Positions 62,219-64,000 of a stretch of 64,000 nucleotides of DNA are shown here, one piece after another (position 1 is the stretch's first letter; the number at the start of each line of letters is the position of its first letter). The notes below the pieces were generated by a model. The model was given only the letters and a program-made list of their open reading frames with translations, made no database searches and was not told the DNA's origin. Source of the stretch: Candidatus Oxydemutatoraceae bacterium (lineage in GTDB: Bacteria > Pseudomonadota > Gammaproteobacteria > Poriferisulfidales > Oxydemutatoraceae); the NCBI GenBank assembly GCA_965220085.1, contig CBDCOZ010000001.1:151992-215991 (forward strand). The letters run 5' to 3'. The position numbers and the translations under genes were made by a program.

Positions 62219-63340
62219 TCAGATTCCGAAGCGGAAATGGATTATGTTCGCTAGTCCAAATCTAAAACAATACTGGTGACACTTAACCATAACCCAAAAA
62301 GGTTGTAAACTCCCTGTATGATGCCAGTACATATTGGAAACTTTGGGCAAATATTGTGTAATTTGTGCCATAGGTGTTTGGAGCCTCAATCCATAATGTG
62401 GTCGTTGGGTATTAAACCATAGCAGGTAGTCTATCATACGCTCATTGAATTCCCGAATATCGGTCAGCAACAAGCCCTCTTCAAACTCCACAAATTCTTC
62501 CTGGAGCGTGCGGTTAAAGCGTTCATTGAATGCGTTCATCTTCGGACATTTGGGATACGTGTAGCAGTGCCGGATACCTTGCTCTTGCAGGCAGCGATCA
62601 AACGCGCCGCAGAACTCGGAGCCGTTGTCGGTGAGCACTTGCTCTATCTTGGCGGGGAACACTTCCATCATCAGCTTCATAAAGAACTCGGCGGCGATGC
62701 TGTTGCCACGAGGGACGCCGATAGCAAAGCCAAACCGGCTATGCAAATCTACGGCCGTGAACAGATAGCGACGCTGACCTTGAATAAACCGTTGCACGGT
62801 ATCCATGGCGATGCAATGCCCGATACGCTTTGCATTGAAACCCTTTTCAAGACGCTCCTTGCTCTTGCTTTGCGTTGTGCGTTGCCGACGCGGTTTTGCG
62901 GGCACCCAGCGCATCTTATCGGGTGCGCTGGCAATCAGTCGCGCGATGGTGCGCGGCTTGGGACAACGCAAGCCGCGCTCGTCACACCACGGTTGAATCA
63001 GCAGGTATATCTTGGGTGCGCCGTAGGGATAGTTTTTGCGGTGTCGCCGAATCTCGTCGATAATCTCCTCAGGCCAGTCGCGCCGGCGTGGCTGGCGCGG
63101 GCAAGTGCTCTGATTGATTAAGCCGTTAATGCCATAAAGCCGATATTGTCTCCGCCACTCATAGAGTGATGATTTGCTGATGTGGTAAGCGTCCATGCTG
63201 GCTTTTATGTTGTGGTTCTCCCATAATATAAGGGCTTCAAGTTTCTGTTTTGCTTTATAGCTCATAGTTGCCTCGTCTATTGAAAAAGCAGCTATTTTAT
63301 AGAAACCTTTGACGCCGTAGCCGATGTGTTGATATTGCAT
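62219..63340 (-). CDS. DDE transposase (integrase core)
   Basis: N-terminal HTH, MDT, TDNGSEF, ERFNRTLQEEF, N..RPH..L...TP. Confidence 0.92.
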   Translation of the reverse strand: MQYQHIGYGVKGFYKIAAFSIDEATMSYKAKQKLEALILWENHNIKASMDAYHISKSSLYEWRRQYRLYGINGLINQSTCPRQPRRRDWPEEIIDEIRRHRKNYPYGAPKIYLLIQPWCDERGLRCPKPRTIARLIASAPDKMRWVPAKPRRQRTTQSKSKERLEKGFNAKRIGHCIAMDTVQRFIQGQRRYLFTAVDLHSRFGFAIGVPRGNSIAAEFFMKLMMEVFPAKIEQVLTDNGSEFCGAFDRCLQEQGIRHCYTYPKCPKMNAFNERFNRTLQEEFVEFEEGLLLTDIREFNERMIDYLLWFNTQRPHYGLRLQTPMAQITQYLPKVSNMYWHHTGSLQPFWVMVKCHQYCFRFGLANIIHFRFGI

Positions 63341-63395
63341 GTCGGCTACGTTTGTTGTTGAAGCCAAGAATCCAGAATGTTTCTGGCATTATGCA
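62315..63395 (-). mobile_element. IS481-family insertion sequence, 1081 bp, with 5-bp target duplication CTCCC
   Basis: Imperfect TIRs TGTATGATGCCAGTACAT / TGCATAATGCCAGAAACAT. CTCCC at 62310-14 and 63396-400. Confidence 0.85.
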
Positions 63396-63529
63396 CTCCC
63401 TGAGGACTCTTGCCGAAGCAACTGTAGTTGCAACGGGAAAATGCTATGGCCTTGTAGTCACAATGCACTGGGAACAGCTGTAAGATGACCGTGCGAGCTA
63501 TCTGATGTTGTCGCTATCTGGGCCTGAGT

Positions 63530-63958
63530 TTATGAGTCCAGTTTTTCCACCAGAGTTAGTAGCTCTGCAAGAACCCCCACAAGTTGTTCGCTAAGTATCT
63601 GGGGGATATCCAGTTGCCCCTCGTACTCGGCCAGATTGCGGTGCCTGTGGCATTGGTCCAGAATGCGCCACTTTGCGGCATCCATGCCCAGAGTGTGTTG
63701 CAGGCACTGGAATACCAGATAGCGTTTGTCGGAGCGGTAGCCGTGCCATCTGAGGGCTGCCAGAGAAAGCGTATATGCCGCACCGTAGGCTATGGTGAAT
63801 CTGCTGTCTTCCGACAGCCCGGCGACTTGCAAATCAGCCATGCGGCGTTTGGCCATTGCTACCATGTTGGCAAACTCTTGTCGGTCAGGTGGCTCCGCCT
63901 TCAGGTGGCCAGTTTTGGTGAGGTTGGCAAGTTTATCTGAGGGAGTTGAGGGCATCAT
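63530..63958 (-). CDS. HEPN-like protein of an MNT-HEPN module
   Basis: RFTIAYGAA...AAL..HGYR and RNLAEYEG. Confidence 0.7.
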   Translation of the reverse strand: MMPSTPSDKLANLTKTGHLKAEPPDRQEFANMVAMAKRRMADLQVAGLSEDSRFTIAYGAAYTLSLAALRWHGYRSDKRYLVFQCLQHTLGMDAAKWRILDQCHRHRNLAEYEGQLDIPQILSEQLVGVLAELLTLVEKLDS

Positions 63959-64000
63959 CGTCGCCTTTTATCCAGATTTTGGGGCGTTGCAGGGTGCGGG
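63933..64000 (-). CDS. C terminus of a probable nucleotidyltransferase partner (partial)
   Basis: RTLQRPKIWIKGDDDALNSLR* overlaps the start of the HEPN-like gene. Confidence 0.4.
   Translation of the reverse strand, partial: RTLQRPKIWIKGDDDALNSLR

Overview
A GC-rich chromosomal window, probably from a gammaproteobacterium (inferred from rpoH, the rpe-trpEGDC operon and the cox/SURF1/cox15/cyoE cluster). The housekeeping blocks are rpe-trpEGDC, nrdAB-dsbB-proC-yggT-tsaD/plsY, bioHC, coxBA-ctaG-coxC, rpoH, ilvA, rpiA and rplM-rpsI. The most striking signal is a family of five exported proteins at three distant loci, built on three unrelated bodies: two subtilase-Calx-beta giants, two cadherin/Ig-repeat proteins and one small Cys-rich protein. 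All five end in the same peptide, x(R/K)LRLR(L/V)FLEGPLR-stop, with synonymous codon variation, which makes it a candidate undescribed C-terminal sorting or secretion tag. Several members share a leader, and two carry long poly-C tracts (C20, C17) that put the signal peptide out of frame, suggesting phase variation. The window also holds a HEPN-wHTH-ncRNA-RT (type IX-like) retron inside a composite element bounded by IS1595-derived MITEs with an 8-bp target duplication. Other accessory features are an SfiI-like RM cassette with a dead endonuclease, an IS481 element, TA modules and several 200-250-bp tandem amplifications (trpC end x4, ilvA end x7). All calls were made by eye from the sequence and ORF track; no database searches were run.
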